Below, one piece after another: positions 46,095-62,830 of a stretch of DNA of 64,000 nt. Both the position numbers and the translations under genes were made by a program. The stretch comes from the human T2T-CHM13v2.0 reference genome, Homo sapiens: the NCBI RefSeq assembly GCF_009914755.1, contig NC_060933.1; one strand, written 5' to 3'. Position 1 is the first letter of the stretch; every line of letters starts with the position of its first letter. The notes beneath the pieces are model-generated. The model saw nothing but the letters and a program-made list of their open reading frames with translations, ran no database searches and was not told the origin of the DNA.

Positions 46095-46485
46095 CATATT
46101 GTGGTACATACACACCGTGGAATAGTGGAATACTATGCAACCATAAAAAAGAATGAGATCATGTCCTTTTCAGGAACATGATGAAGCTGGAGGCCATTAT
46201 CCTTAGCAAACTAACACAGGAACTGAAAACAAAATACCGCATCTTCTCACCTACAAGTGGGAGTTAAACGATGAGAACACATGGATACATAGAGGGCAAT
46301 GACACACACTGGGGCCTACCTGAGAGTGGAGGGTGGGAGGAGGGAAAGGGGTACAAAAAATAACTATTGGTTACTAGGCTTAATACCTGAGAGATGACAT
46401 AATCTGTACAACAAACCCCTATGACACGCGTTTACCTATATAACAAACCTGCCCATGTAACCCAAACTTAAAATAAAAGTTTAAT
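46095..46485 (+). mobile_element. L1PA 3'-end fragment
   Basis: GGAATACTATGCAACCATAAAAAAGAATGAG...ACTTAAAATAAAAGTT. Confidence 0.9.
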
Positions 46486-46613
46486 ATATAAATATATATA
46501 TAGTGGCATTTTGGACAGACATTTACATATAGAGATGCATGAATGCATACATCAATAGATGTATGTATTCACGGGTTATGATGAATGCAAATATGCTTTT
46601 GAAAATAGGGTTT

Positions 46614-46956
<343 letters not shown>

Positions 46957-47819
46957 TTACTTTTTTATAGTAGGTATATATTTCAAACCATAGTCTTAGA
47001 TCTTATGACATAGTTAAAGGAAACATCATATAAGAGCTCAGAGATGTAAAATAGAGCCATTTATGATGGTTTTGAGAACCTGTAATGATACATCTATGTT
47101 AATTTTTTATATGTTAATTTAATTTAGGTTTTCTGCCTTTGGAACTGTGTACAGGTAAGATGCTCTAAGCTACCATATAGCAAAATTTAAATGAAAATTA
47201 CCATTACACTTATTTAGCTCCAAATAATTTAATAACTATTACTGGGTTGTTACTAGAAAAAAAAAGCAGCTCACTGTAATTGTTAACGAAGTAAAGCAGT
47301 CCCAATCAAATCTTGCGTTGCTCTGACACGTGTTTTGCTAAAGGAGCGGGAGAGGCGTTTTGTTGTATTTCCAGCTGGCTTCCTGGGGAAACAGAATACA
47401 TTTGGAGAATGTGTTCCCCTTTGTTAATTGTGACGCGTGTCCAGTGACCCCTGATGAAGAACTCTTAAAGTGACATGGAATGTGTTCAAATTGCTGAAAA
47501 CCAGAGACAAAGAGAAATCAACACAAAAACTGAAAATCTCTCATTTTTCTCAAAAGAGAAACATCTTGAGGAAGTTAGAGGAAAAAAGACATTATCAAAC
47601 AAGAAACAAGGTTAAGAATGGGAGCTGACTTCATATCAGAAACCATGCAAGCAAGAAACGAAGTGACACTTTTGAAGTCATAAAAGAATTTTTAAAAACC
47701 TATCAACCCAGAATTCTATAACCATTGAAAAATTCTTTAAATATTTGTTAATCACTGTGGTGATTTTGAATTAAGGTGAAGTTGAATTCCCCTCATGTGG
47801 CTTGCAAGTTAGTCTTGTT

Positions 47820-48124
47820 TTTGTGGTTTGGGTTTTTGTTTTTGAGATAAGGTCTTCCTCTGTCATCCAGGCCGAAGTGCATTGGCGCAATCACAGCTCA
47901 CTGCAACCCCAACAACCGAGACTCAAGTGATCCTCCCACCTCAGCCTCCCACATTGCTGAGACTACAGGTGCACTCCACCACACCTGGCTAATTTTTGTA
48001 ACTTTTGTAGAGATGGGGTTTCACCATGTTGCCCAGGCTGGTTTTGAACTTCTGGGCTCAAGCAATCTGCCCACCTTGGTCTCTCAAAGTCCTGGAATTA
48101 CAGACATGAGACACTGTGCCCAGT
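47820..48124 (-). mobile_element. AluJ
   Basis: Diverged Alu; TSD-like CTTGCA(A/G)GTT(A/G)GTCTT. Confidence 0.9.
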
Positions 48125-48539
48125 CTTGCAGGTTGGTCTTAATGACTGACTTTTAAGAAATGGAATACGGAAAAGTAAAAACTGTAATTTTGTAGTGGAG
48201 GAAACCATCAAGTCACCAACATAGCCAAGTAATCAAGCTTAACATCAACAATGAAAAGTCATATGGCTACCTCACACCACCGTGACACAATGGGAAGGTC
48301 ACTTCAACTATGTGAAATTCTTCCTCAAAATTTACAACCCCACTTTAATCAAGAGAAAACATCAGATGAACCCAAATCATTTGATGCACATTCTAAAAAA
48401 TATCTGGTCAGTGGTCTTCAAAGTGTCAAAGCCAGGAAAGACAGAGAGATTGTCCCTAATTGAAGTAGACTAAGGAGACATGAAGACTAAACACAATATG
48501 AGATCCTGGATGGTACCTGGGAACAAAGAGAAGAAATTA

Positions 48540-48908
<369 letters not shown>

Positions 48909-51723
48909 TTATACAATGTTAATTTCTCATTTTTAATAAATGTGCCATGGTTACGTAAGAGGTTAACATCAGAAGAAACTAAGTGAAGAGTGTATAGAAA
49001 CTGTCTTTACCATCTTTGCAACTCTATGTAAATCTAAAATTATTCCAGAGAATGACTTCACAAGGTGGCAGAATAGAATTTCTCCAGCTCCACACCCCCA
49101 CACGGAAATCCAACTAGCAACTATCCACAGGCAAGAATACCTTTCTGAATATCCCAGAACTCAGGGGTGAGACTGAGACACCCAATTGTACTGCAGAACT
49201 AGGAAAAGCTGTGCTTTGAAGGGTAAGAGGAACAGTTCATTTTGAGCATGCCACCCCTCCACCAAGCTGGAACAGCACGACACACAGAGGATTTCACCGG
49301 ACCCACTATTTCTACAGTGGGAAAAGAAAGTTGGAGGTGGACGTTCAGCTTGCCCACCATTCTAGGACCCTTCACAGGAGGCTCACTCTTGTCTTATACC
49401 ACAGGAAACATTAGGAGTGCCATCGGGGCTAGACCACCTGGAGTCAGCTAGAAACAAAGAATGGGAGTAGATCTCACAGAGACTAGCATGTAGTTAGTCT
49501 GCATTCTGGCTAATGGAGGCATCATATGAGAGAGACTAGCCAACAGCGTTGTACCACAGGAAGTACAGCTGACAGGTGTACCCAGCTCGCATCCCTCGCC
49601 AGCTTTCCTACATAGACCTGGTGCTTTCTACAGCATTGCCCAGGCTAGAAGGCAAGTGAACGTCAGCACTTCTCTGCAGAGAGTACATCTGGTCCCCACC
49701 CAGCACCAGCAGCTGACCAGGGACTCCACTAAGCTTTGTTTAAGCCTACCTTAGGCCAGGAGACAAGATCAAGTCTGCACATATGTGTGGGGCATAATGG
49801 CTTCTAGCCCTGATCAGCCCTGTGTAGCTGAGCAACAACAGAGTCTTTAGTTGACCATAGAGCTCAGCACAGAGGCCTGCTCAAAGGAGAAGTTTGATAT
49901 ACTTTACATGACTTAAATGATTTTAACTTTGTTGAAACTTGTTTAATGAAAGAGTTTTGGTTGCTTTGCATCCTTGCCAGCATACAGCACTGTCAGTTTT
50001 TTGGAGTTTAGTCATGCTAATAGTTGTATAGAGGTATCTCATTGTTGTTTTAATTTGCAATTCCTTTTTAAATAATTTCAACTTTTATTTTAGATTCAGG
50101 GGGTTCATGTGCAGGTCTGTTACCTGGGTATATTGTGTGATACTGAGGTTTGAGGTATGATTGCTCCCATCACCCAGGTACTGCGCATAGTACCTAATGG
50201 TTTTTCAACCCTTCCCTCATCTACTCCCCGCCAGTAGTCCCCAGTGTCAGTTGTTGCCATCTTTATGTCCCTAAGTACCCAGTGTTTAGCTCCCAGTTAT
50301 AAGTGAAAACATGCAGTAGTTATTTTTCTGTTCCTGTGTTAATTTGCTTAGGATAATGGCCTCCGGCTGCATCCATGTTGCAATTCCTTGATGATCTATG
50401 ATATTGAGCATCTTTTCGTCTGCTTATTTGCCCTTCGTGTATCTTTAGTGAGGTGTCCAGATTTTGCCCACTTTTTAACTAGTTTTTTTTTCCTATTGTT
50501 GTGTTTTCAGTGTTTTTTGTATATGTTGGATATATTGATATATTTTTTGCATATATGTATAGGTCGGTGTATTTTAGTGATGTAAAATGAATGGAATCTA
50601 TAGCCTTAAACATAATATAAATATATAATGGTTAAGATTTCCCACTCAACAATCCAGGCTTGACAGAAAATCATAAAATGTATTTAAATTTAAATGTTTT
50701 TTTCTTTGTTGATACTAGTTCTTAGTTTTAACATGCCGAAGAGGGTATATTTGATCAAGGACAAGATTAAATGTTCTGACTGGCTAACTATCAAACCGCT
50801 GCCTCCACTTTTTTTTGCAACTTGAAAATATTTAGTTATCATGCTAGCACAGCCATATTAATATATACCCCTTCAAAACTTTAAATATAAGGCTTTAACA
50901 GTTTCAGGAAAAAGAAATATTAATGATGCTGAGATTGGTGGCCATGGATTCTGTGTAGTGAGACACTAAAAAGTAATTTTTCAAACAGGAAAGTTAAAGC
51001 ACTTTAAAATCACAAAGCTATTGGTAATTAAAAAAAGAATTAGTATCAACTTCTGAAATACAAGATTAGAGGGACACCTAAAATTCTGAAAGACTTTAGA
51101 GAATTTTTTTAAAAAGTAATTGCAATTTAGATCAAAGTTCCCCACTTTTCATTCCAAGTGTGACACAGGTTTAAATAATAAACAGACAAAAAGTTTAGAT
51201 AAATTCATGAATTATTGAACCAGACGATAAAAAATAGGGAAGCTATTTAGGGCATAGTCTCTAGTGTGTAAGGGTGACATCCTAAATAATAAATTTATGC
51301 TATTGTTGACAATATTGCTAACAAGGCAAAATGGTCAATGTGCTTGACATATTGCCTGGTTTTTCATGTTCTATTGCATGAGCTGATTCTCTCTCTCTTT
51401 TTCATTTATATTTTTGAACTCTGTCATTATGTTATCATGGACATTATGTCAACAATTGGATGCATCTATGTAATATGCTTTAAATCTCTGGGAATAAATT
51501 TACTGAGTGCTATTTATGTGAACAAACTTCTCTTAAGCACAAATGGAAATCCACAAAGAAAGACAGCCTCTTCTATTTGTTTTATATGAGGCAACGGATA
51601 CACTGTAGACAAAAAAACCAAGTATAATTAACTTATATTGGTAACTAACTTAATATCTGCATATTACATATTTTTCTATTATGTTTTCTGAGCAACTTCG
51701 TGGCTTCTGATTTGGAGGGGTAG

Positions 51724-52091
<368 letters not shown>

Positions 52092-52368
52092 TGAAAGGAA
52101 CATCACTCCCCACACTGCAACTGAACAAAAGAGTGATAATGTTAATTTCTTTATTCTTGAGCTTTTCTTGAATAAAAGAGGGTCGTAGGACATGGAACAA
52201 AATAGACTAGAAAATAGGGTTGATAAGGTACTGATTCTGCCAACACTGCTTAATGCTCTCCCCAAGCAATTGTCTTTTAGATATGTTGATTTCCCAGTGT
52301 GAATGGTATTTTTTAAATATGTCAAGCAATTAAGAATATAAGTCTGTTCTCATCTCAGCCAAACGTAG

Positions 52369-52938
<570 letters not shown>

Positions 52939-53353
52939 ATCACCTCTTGTAAAGTGCAGTATAGAAACAGTGGGCAATAGACAGGCAGGGGATAGAGGAA
53001 AATGTTTTGGGAGTGGGACAATATGAACTTATTGTCATGACAGGACCAAAAAGGGAAGATGTCTGCCTATCATAATTAATAATAACTCTATCAGTCAACA
53101 TTTATGTTTTACAATTGTTCTGTAAAAGAAAAGCCAGCAAACATTACAGATTCTAGTCCCTAATAACTGATCAAGAAAGACACTCTAAGCTTGTGCATCA
53201 GCATTCTCTTTTTATCTAAAAGAAAATATATTAAATAAAGGGAGGAATGGCAGGAGTAAAGAGACTTGAAGGAAAAGAAAATATTGACTTTTTAATGATA
53301 TTTTACAATGCTAAGATCTTTAGAAACCAACTATTCCATATGTCTTTTAAATA

Positions 53354-53432
53354 TTAGTTTGGTGCAAAGGTAATTACAGTTTTTGTCATATAAGTAATGG
53401 CAAAAGCCACAATTACTCTTGCACCGACCTAA
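53354..53432. mobile_element. MADE1 mariner-derived MITE
   Basis: ~80-bp palindrome TTAGTTTGGTGCAAAGGTAATT...AATTACTCTTGCACCGACCTAA. Confidence 0.9.
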
Positions 53433-54769
53433 CTGATACATTCATTCCATTTTGGAGGTATTGCAAATATGCTGAATCAATGAACTTCTTCAGTATTTTT
53501 CATTGTATTAGTACAAATTTAACCTAATAGTATTCTTCTGCATGTTATTTCCCTTTGTGCTTCCTTTAATGCAATGAAGCTGTAGTTACCAAATAGAGTG
53601 CTCTAAAAGGGCAAGGCTTGTCTGTGAATTGAGCCTAGCATAAAATTGGCTCTCAGTGAAGACCTGTTGAACATTTCATGAATGCATCAACATCATAATC
53701 CTTCATGTGCTTGTAAGCAATTATTAAAATTTTATCTGGCCTATTCAGGCCTGTGTTCTTCAAAATTCTTCAAAATATATGGACGTGTCTGCTCTTTCTA
53801 TTAGGTTTTAACTTCTGGTGTCAGAAACCAAGGCTGTTTTTCTTAATTTGTGTCCTAAAACCACAGTAGGGTTGTATGCACAGTAGGGTTGTGATAATGC
53901 TTAATAAATATATAAAAAGATTAATATCCATTCATTTACATTTTCTTAATAAAACCCAATTTCTGGATGAGTAGCTGTGAAACTCAACTGGACGAGCTCT
54001 GACTAGTGTTAAGTATAGTATATTGGGAAAAGGGCTTCTGTATGCAACATATATGTGAGGCAAATGAGAAATATTAGCTAGGCTACATTAAATCCCAATG
54101 ACATGAATAGAAATTTTATTATCCAGGTAGCAAAAATGAAGTCAAAAAAATAAATAAGAGAATGAAGTGAAGGTATGGGACAAAACAATTAGTTTTTTCT
54201 TTAAGTCAATATTTTAGAAGATAGCTTTTGAAGGCCCAATCACACAGATAATTGACACTTCGACTTTTCTTTGCACTGTGTTAGACTTAGGTAAAAGAAT
54301 GTCTCAGGACTGTACCTTCATGTAGAAAATGTAATTAATAGCAAATTGCATAAAAGTACACTAAAATTTTTACATCATTTTAATAAATTTCTTGAGATTT
54401 TACTTTATTGTGTCATTAAAACACAGGATTTAAGGAAGATATATATAATAAAGGAAAATAGTAAGTTATCATTCTTGTGTAAACATGTTTTGTAAATACT
54501 ATTTCAACAAAGATTTAAAAGTTAATTACAAAGATATAAAGTTATGAAGTATTATATAAACAGGATTCATAATTTTGTTTTAAATGGTCTTTTCATGTAT
54601 CAAAATACTATCAGTTTAAAACAATCTTTTTTTTTTAAGGCAGTAGGCTCTGTTTACCATCATTTACAATTACTTTAATTAGAATTTTCTTCACTTTCAG
54701 TATATTCAAGAGCTATTCTGTTGGCAATAATTTTTAAGATAAAGTTTATCCAAATAGAAAAGTAATTAT

Positions 54770-55005
54770 ATAATGATTAAGAGCCAGAATGTCTGGGTTC
54801 AAATTCCAGTTCTGCTACTTATCAGGTATAAGAATTTGGGCAAATGTCTTAGTTTCTCTGTGCTTCAGTTTCCTGATCTGTAAAACTGGGATAACAAGAC
54901 TACCTGCCTCAATCTGTGGTTATGAGTAAATGAGTTAATACATAAGAGCAATGCAATAATCCTTGGCATGTGGTATGAGTTCAATAAACATTAGCTATTA
55001 TTATT
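54770..55005 (+). mobile_element. MIR
   Basis: CTGGGTTCAAATTCCAGTTCTGC...CTTCAGTTTCCTGATCTGTAAAACTGGG core. Confidence 0.85.
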
Positions 55006-55305
55006 ATAGTAAATTAGAAATTTAATTCTAGAGAATAAAAAGCTGAACTCAAATATGTAACTATTTATTTGATACAGACATATTTTCTACAAAATAAAAA
55101 ACCGTCAGTTTGCACTTCCCTTATATAATGACTATTCTGGTGTTTGTGTGTATCTGTTGTGGGTCGGGGTCTTGGGCTGAGTAAATAATCACATTAAAAA
55201 TTTTAAAAACTTCCGATTAAAACAGAAATAAGAACAAACGGCCATTCGTGGATCATTTGCAAAGCTGAACGAATACTTGACATGTCTTTCTGTGATTCCT
55301 TGCAG

Positions 55306-55409
55306 ATATCATGGAAATCAGGACAGTAGCAGTTGGGATTGTGGCAATCAAAGGGGTGGAAAGTGAATTCTATCTTGCAACGAACGAGGAAGGAAAACTC
55401 TATGCAAAG
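55306..55409 (+). pseudogene. FGF7P: FGF7 (KGF) duplicated pseudogene, penultimate exon (104 bp)
   Basis: AG|ATATCATGGAAATC...TATGCAAAG|GT encodes [34 protein letters not shown]. Confidence 0.96.
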
Positions 55410-56500
55410 GTATTGATAATTGATAGCTTAGGCTTAATTTTTAAAACTCTTTTGTTGAAATATCTCACCATTCTGAAAAGTAAAAATGGACTTAATTTAT
55501 CTCCAACTGTATAATTTAATGATTTTATTAAAACACTTTATACTCAAACATTAAGAAAAAATGTTTTCTGTGTGACTTTGGACAAATGGCTTGTTCTTTG
55601 GATTTTGGTTTCTTCATCTGTAAAATGAGTTGAATTAGCTGACCTCTAAGGATCCTGCCAGCTCTAAAATTCCATGTGCATTTTAGATATTTAAAATCCA
55701 AAATTTCCATTTGCCAGTATTAAAGCTCTTTTTGTTAAAGTTCACTCAATTTGCACATTGCTGACATGAGAATTCTTGGGAAAAAATCTTGAAATGTTTA
55801 GTTCATTCATCAATATCAATCTGACAATCATGGGCTTTGAACTGTAATTATTCACATTGTTCCCACTTCACTACAATGCAAAATATGTAACAGTTCATCT
55901 CACTGTAATAAAATATAATTGGCTTTCCTTTATATTCCCACAGCTCAGCATAATGCCTGGAACAGGCTAATTATATAATGATACAGGTTTAACTGAATGA
56001 ACAAATGGTTGCATGGATGAACAAACAAATTAACCTTTTATCTTCCATTACCATTGAAGACAATGTAGAAGTAAATAAAGAAAAGTTGTGAAACAAGTCT
56101 CTCACCTGAGGGAGGCAGAGGTTCTGCTAATTATAGCAAATTTCCAGTGGTTAAAGAATGAGTGATGTGGGAATAGTAATATGAGGCCTGTTACTTAGGG
56201 GGAAATAGGTCCTAATTTTAAAGAATAGTTGACATGAACTTCCAAAAAGCTACACATATTTCATAACTAGCTGTGTATTATGTGGTGTTTCTATTTCAAA
56301 TTTAAGATACCTCTTAATGCAAATATACTACATAAGTCTAGCTAATAAACCACATTAGGCCTGCTCAATCTGAGGGTTAAAAAAAGTTGTGTATGTTTCA
56401 ATTCTACCAAATATTACCTGCTTACTCTTCGTTTAATTGAGCCTCTCTAAAAATCATTTGGATCATGTTTGTTTGTTTGTTTGTTTGTTTGTTTCAACAG

Positions 56501-59500
56501 AAGAAAGAACAAAAAACAGCCCACTTTCTTCCTATGGCAATAACTTAATTGCATATGGTATATAAAGAACCAGTTCCAGCAGGGAGATTTCTTTAAGTGG
56601 ACTGTTTTCTTTCTTCTCAAAATTTTCTTTCCTTTTATTTTCTAGTAATCAAGAAAGGCTGGAAAACTACTGAAAAACTGATCAAGCTGGTCTTGCGCAT
56701 TTATGTTTGTTTTAAGACACTGCATTAAAGAGACATTTGAAAAGTATACACAAAAATCAGATTTAGTAACTAAAGGTTGTACAAAATTGTAAAACTGGTT
56801 GTACAATCATGATGTTAGTAATAGTAATTTTTTTCTTAAATTAATTTACCCTTAAGAGTATGTTAGATTTGATTATCTGATAATGATTATTTAAATATTC
56901 CTATCTGCTTATAAAATGGCTGCTATAATAATAATAATGCAGATGATGTTATATAAGGTATATCAGACCTACAGGCTGCTGGCAGGATTTGTCAGATAAT
57001 CAAGCCACACTAACTATGGAAAATGAGCAGCATTTTAAATGTTTTCTAGTGAAAAATTATAATCTACTTAAACTCTAATCAGAAAAAAAGAATATTCTCA
57101 AAAAAATCTATTATGAAAGTCAATAAAATAGATAATTTAACAAAAGTACAGGATTAGAACATGCTTATACCTATTAACAAGAACAAAATTTCTAATGCTG
57201 CTCAAGTGGAAAGGGTATTGCTAAAAGGATGTTTCCAAAAATCTTGTATATAAGATAGCAACAGTGATTGATGATAATACTGTACTTCATCTTACTTGCC
57301 ACTAAATAACATTTTATAATTCCTCAAAGTAAAATTGAGAAATCTTTAAGTTTTTTTCAAGTAACATAATCTATCTTTGTATAATTCATATTTGGGAATA
57401 TGGCTTTTAATAATGTTCTTCCCACAAATAATCACGCTTTTTTCCTATGGTTACTGCATTAAACTCTATATTAAGTTGTTTTTGAACTTATTGTTTTGTT
57501 ATTTAAGTTTATGTTATTTATAAAAAAAACCTTAATAAGCTGTATCTGTTTCATATGCTTTTAATTTTAAAGGAATAACAAAACTGTCTGGCTCAACTGC
57601 AAGTTTCCCTCCCCTTTGTGACTGACACTAAGCTAGCACACAGCACTTGGGCCAGCAAATCCTGGAAGGCAGACAAAAATGAGGGCCTGAAGCAATGCTT
57701 ACAATAGATGTCTCACACAGAACAATACAAACATGTAAAAAATCTTTCACCACATATTCTTGCCAATTAATTGGATCATATAAGTAAAATCATTACAAAT
57801 ATAAGTATTTACAGGATTTTAAAGTTAGAATATATTTGAATGCATGGGTAGAAAAGTATCATATTTTAAAACTATGTATATTTAAATTTAGTAATTTTCT
57901 AATCTCTAGAAATCTCTCCTGTTCAAAAGGTGGCAGCACTGAAAGTTGTTTTCCTGTTAGATGGCAAGAGCACAATGCCCAAAATAGAAGATACAGTTAG
58001 GAATAAGGGGCCCTGAATGTTATGAAGGTTTGAGGTCAGCCTACAGATAACAGGATTATTACAAAGATGAATTTCCACTTCCAAAGTCTGTCATTGGCAG
58101 ATCTTGGTAGCACTTTATATGTTTACCAATGGGAGGTCAACATCTATCTAATTTAAAAGCTATGCTAACCATTGTGGTTTTAATTTCAAAATATTTGTCA
58201 TACAAGTCCCTTTACATAAATAGTATTTGGTAATACATTTATAGATGAGAGTTATATGAAAAGGCTAGGTCACCAAAACAATAGATTCATTTAATTTTCC
58301 TGTGGTTGACCTATACGACCAGGATGTAGAAAACTAGAAAGAACTGCCCTTCCTCAGATATACTCTTGGGAGAGAGCACGAATGGTATTCTGAACTATCA
58401 CCTGATTCAAGGACTTTGCTAGCTAGGTTTTGAGGTCAGGCTTCAGTAACTGTAGTCTTGTGAGCATATTGAGGGCAGAGGAGGACTTAGTTTTTCGTAT
58501 GTGTTTCCTTAGTGCCTAGCAGACTATCTGTTCATAATCAGTTTTCAGTGTGAATTCATTGAATGTTTATAGACAAAAGAAAATACATAATAAAACTAAT
58601 CTTCATTTTAAAAGGGTAAAACATGACTACACAGAAATTTAAATAGAAATAGTGTATATACATATAAAATACAAGCTATGTTAGGACCAAATCTCTTTGT
58701 CTATGGAGTTATACTTCCATCAAATTACATAGCAATGCTGAATTAGGCAAAACCAATATTTAGTGGTAAATCCATTCCTGGTAGTATAAGTCACCTAAAA
58801 AAGATTTCTAGAAATATGTACTTTAATTATTTGTTTTTCTCCTATTTTTAAATTTATTATGCAAATTTTAGAAAATAAAATTTGCTCTAGTTACACACAC
58901 TTAGAATTCTAGAATCTTAAAACTGTAAGGGGCCTCCATCCCTTTTACTCATTTGTAGTCTAGGAAATCAAGATTTTGATACACCTCAGGTCATGCAGCT
59001 GGGTAGATATACAACTGTCACAAGAGTCTAGATCAGTTGGCACATGCTTTCTATACTAGATTATTAGTATTATTAGCTAATGGTCTTCTGCATTTTTTGG
59101 TTTTTGATTTGTATTGAGATATAGCCTTTACATTTCTACACAAATGTGACTATGTATTGGCAATGCACTTCATACACAATGACTAATCTATACTGTGATG
59201 ATTTGACTCAAAAGGAGAAAAGAAATTACGTAGTTTTCAATTCTGATTCCTATTCACCTTTTGTTTATGAATGGAAAGCTTTGTGCAAAATATACATATA
59301 AGCAGAGTAAGCCTTTTAAAAAATTTTCTTTGAAAGATAAAATACATGAGTTTCTAACAATTAGAAAGGAAAAAATTAAAATATGAAATAACAAAAGTAA
59401 ACAAAAGATACTTTCAAAGCAGTGAACAAAACATTTTGACATAAGCCATAATATAAATTATAATATAAAAACATAAAAACCATAGTATAAATTGTCAGTC

Positions 59501-59900
59501 TTTGAGTTGGCCACAAATTCAATTTAATGAAAGAAGAGAAGGGATGCTGGAGGTAAATAAATTCTTAGAGTTTCTATCTCATAGAGTTTGCTCTTCTGGT
59601 TCTCTAGACTGCCAAAGAACATAAAGATGTACAAGGGGACCTAGCTGTAGTAAAAGCATACCTATAACAACAAAAACTCTAAAACGGTGCCCCTCACGAT
59701 TTTCTACTGAAATTTCTCTAATAGTAGAGGTATAAAATAAGAAGTTAGAGAATAATACAAAAGGGGCCCACCATAGAAAGCACATTTCTTTTCTCTTAAG
59801 ACTCATGTGATTTTTGCATCTTACTCCATAATGTATTAGTGGTTGCATTAATATGACAATATCTGCAATTAAACACCAGTAAGCAAAATTGATACATCAG
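56501..59900 (+). pseudogene. FGF7P: FGF7 duplicated pseudogene, last exon (5' part deleted) plus long AU-rich 3'UTR
   Basis: (GTTT)n-CAACAG acceptor, then KKEQKTAHFLPMAIT* (TAA 56546-56548); the 3' end of the UTR is approximate. Confidence 0.9.
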
Positions 59901-60489
59901 AATGACTTGCAGGGCTTATCACGCAGTTTCATTTACATCCCTACCCCACTGCCATTTACTTGAGCGTGAATGACACACGAGAGATTCTTTGCCTTCCATA
60001 ATCCAACTTTACACATAAATAACACAAGGCTAAAGAAAACCAGAACTCAAATTCACCATGCATAGGAGTGATAACAAAAATATTTAACAGTCAGTATGGG
60101 TGATCACTGGCCAATCAAAATACATCACTGATATATCAAAATGGATGCAGGCCACTGTGACTAACTTGTGGATATCATTTCTATGATCACCCTAAAACAG
60201 AGTTGGGAAAATATCAATTAACTGGTCTCTCTGGTTTGAATTCTCAATATGTATCTTAATATGAAATAGCTCATTAAAACTTCATGTGTAACTATTTCAG
60301 CATTGTTGTCAGCTACTCTTTATTCCACTTCTATACAGATCATGTCACCTTCAAATAGAGACACTTTCACTTCTTTTCCAATTTGGATGCCTTTTATTTC
60401 TTTTTCTTACCTAATTGCTCTGGCTAGGACTTACAGACTTTTTCAGAAACCCCCCAAAGTAATCTAGGGGAGTCCACTGTCACTAGATC

Positions 60490-62830
60490 TGCTTTATAAG
60501 AAACCCTAAAGGGAGTTCCTCAAACTGAAATGCAATAAGACTAATTAGTATCATGAAACCATATGTAGTTATAAAAAGTCACTGGTAAAAGTAACTGTAC
60601 AGTCAAATTCAAAATACTCCTAATACTGTAATGATGGAGTATAATCACTTTAACTTTTAAAAGGTTAAAAGACAAAAAATACTACAAATAAATATAATTA
60701 CAAAATATACAAAGAAAGAAACTCTGACATCAAAAAACATAAGTGGAGGGGAGTAAAGTGTAGGGTTTTTGTATATGATTGAAGTTAAGTTGTTATCAAC
60801 TTAAAATAGACCATTATAACTACAATCATGCATTTCTTAATGCGGACATGTCCTGAATAATGCAATTTTGTCATGGTGTGAATATCATAGAGTATACTTA
60901 CACAAAATTAGATAATACCACCTAACACACACCCGGGCTATTTGGTATAACCTATTGTTTCCAGGCTACAAATCTGTACAGCATTGTACTATACTGAATG
61001 CTATAGGCAACTGTAATATAATCATAAGCATTTGTGTATCTAATGTATCTAAACATATGAAAGGTACAATAAAAATCTTATAACCTTATGGGACCACCGT
61101 TGTATATGTGGCCCATCATTGACCAAAACATCCTTGTGTGGCACACGATAGCATACAATGTTTTATGTAAGCCTCATGATAAACACAAAGACAAAACATG
61201 TAACAGATACACAAATGAGAATTTTACCACATGTTTAAAAAAGAATTAATACAAAGGCACAGCAAAGAATCAAAGTATACCACTACAGAAAATAATCAAC
61301 GTAATCAAATCATGCACAGCAAGAGAGAAATAAAAGAACAAAAAAACTACAAAATGCCTATCAATAGTTACTTTAAATATCAGTGGACCAAATTAGTGAA
61401 ACAAAAGACACAGAGTGGCTGAATGGATAGTAAAACAAGAACCAAATATATGCCACCTATAAGAGACTCACTTCACCTTTAGAGACACACATAGACTGAA
61501 AGAGAGGGAACAAAAAAAGACAGAGTAGCTATTCTTACAACAAACAAAATAGACTTTAAGTCAAAAACTGTAACAAGAGACAAAGTCGTTATAGAATGAT
61601 ACAAGGGTCAATTCATTGAGAGGATATAACTACTGCAAATATATATTCTCCCAACATTGGAGCACCTAATTATATAAAGCAAATATTAACAAATCTGAAG
61701 AGAGAAGTAGACAACAATAATACAATAACAGTAGGGGACTTCCATGTCCCACTTTCAACAATGGATTGATCACTCAGACAGATAATCAGTAAGGAAACAG
61801 CTGACTTGAACTACACTATAGATCAAATGGACCAGACATATACATGACATTCCTTTCCAAAACAGCAAAATACACATTCTTCTCGAGCATACACAGTACA
61901 TTCTCCAACATAGGTCATATATTAGGCCAGAAAACAAGTCTTAGCAAATTTAAGAAGATTGAGATCTCACCAAGTATTCTTTTTGACTACAGTGGCATGA
62001 AACTGAAAATTAAAAACAGGAGAAAACTTAGAAAAGTGACAAATATGTGGAAATCAACCAACACACTCCTGAATAACCAGTAGATCAAAGAAAACATCAA
62101 AAAAGAAATAAAATATCTTGAGACAAACTAAAATGAAAGCACGACATACTAAAACTGATGAGATGAAGCAAAAGCCGTTCTAAGAGAGGGAAGTTTATAC
62201 AGATAAGTGCTAAATGAAGAAAAAAGATCTCAAATAAACCTCAAAAAATAGAGAAAAAAAATCAAGCCCAAAATTAGAAGAAGGAAATAACAAAGATCAT
62301 AGCAGAAATAAATGAAATAGACTAGAAAAACAATAGCAAAGATCAATGAAACGAAGAGCTGATTTTTTGAAAAGATAATAAAAATTGACCAACCTATCAC
62401 TAGGCTAAGAAAAAAGAAATCTTAAGTAAATAAAATTAGAACAAAAAAGGAGATATTAAAATTGGTACCATAGAAATACAAAGGATAATAATAGTCTACT
62501 CTAAACAACTATGTGTCAACAAATTGTTTAACTTAGAATAATTTCTAGAAACATACATCCACTAAGACTGAAACATGAAGAAATAGAAAATAAAAACAGA
62601 TAAATAATGAGTAAAAATATTGAGTCAGTAGTCAAAAAGCTCCTGAAAAAGGAAAATCCAAGACCAGATAGCTTAGTGGAGAATTCTACCAAATGTTTAA
62701 AGAAGAATTAATACCATTTCTTCACAAACTCTTCCAAAAGTTGAAGAGGAGGGAACACTTCCAAACATTTTTTTATGAGGCCAGCATTACCCTGATAACA
62801 AGGACAGAAAAGGACACTACAAGGATGACA
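60490..62830 (+). mobile_element. Old L1 (L1M) ORF1-end/ORF2 fragment
   Basis: KTAKYTFFSSIHSTFSNIGHILG...NTLLNNQ (endonuclease C-terminal region). Confidence 0.9.
60821..61155. mobile_element. Tigger3a/MER7-type DNA transposon inserted in L1
   Basis: ATCATAGAGTATACTTACACAAA...CCAGGCTACAAATCTGTACAGCAT...TTATGGGACCACCGT. Confidence 0.8.
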
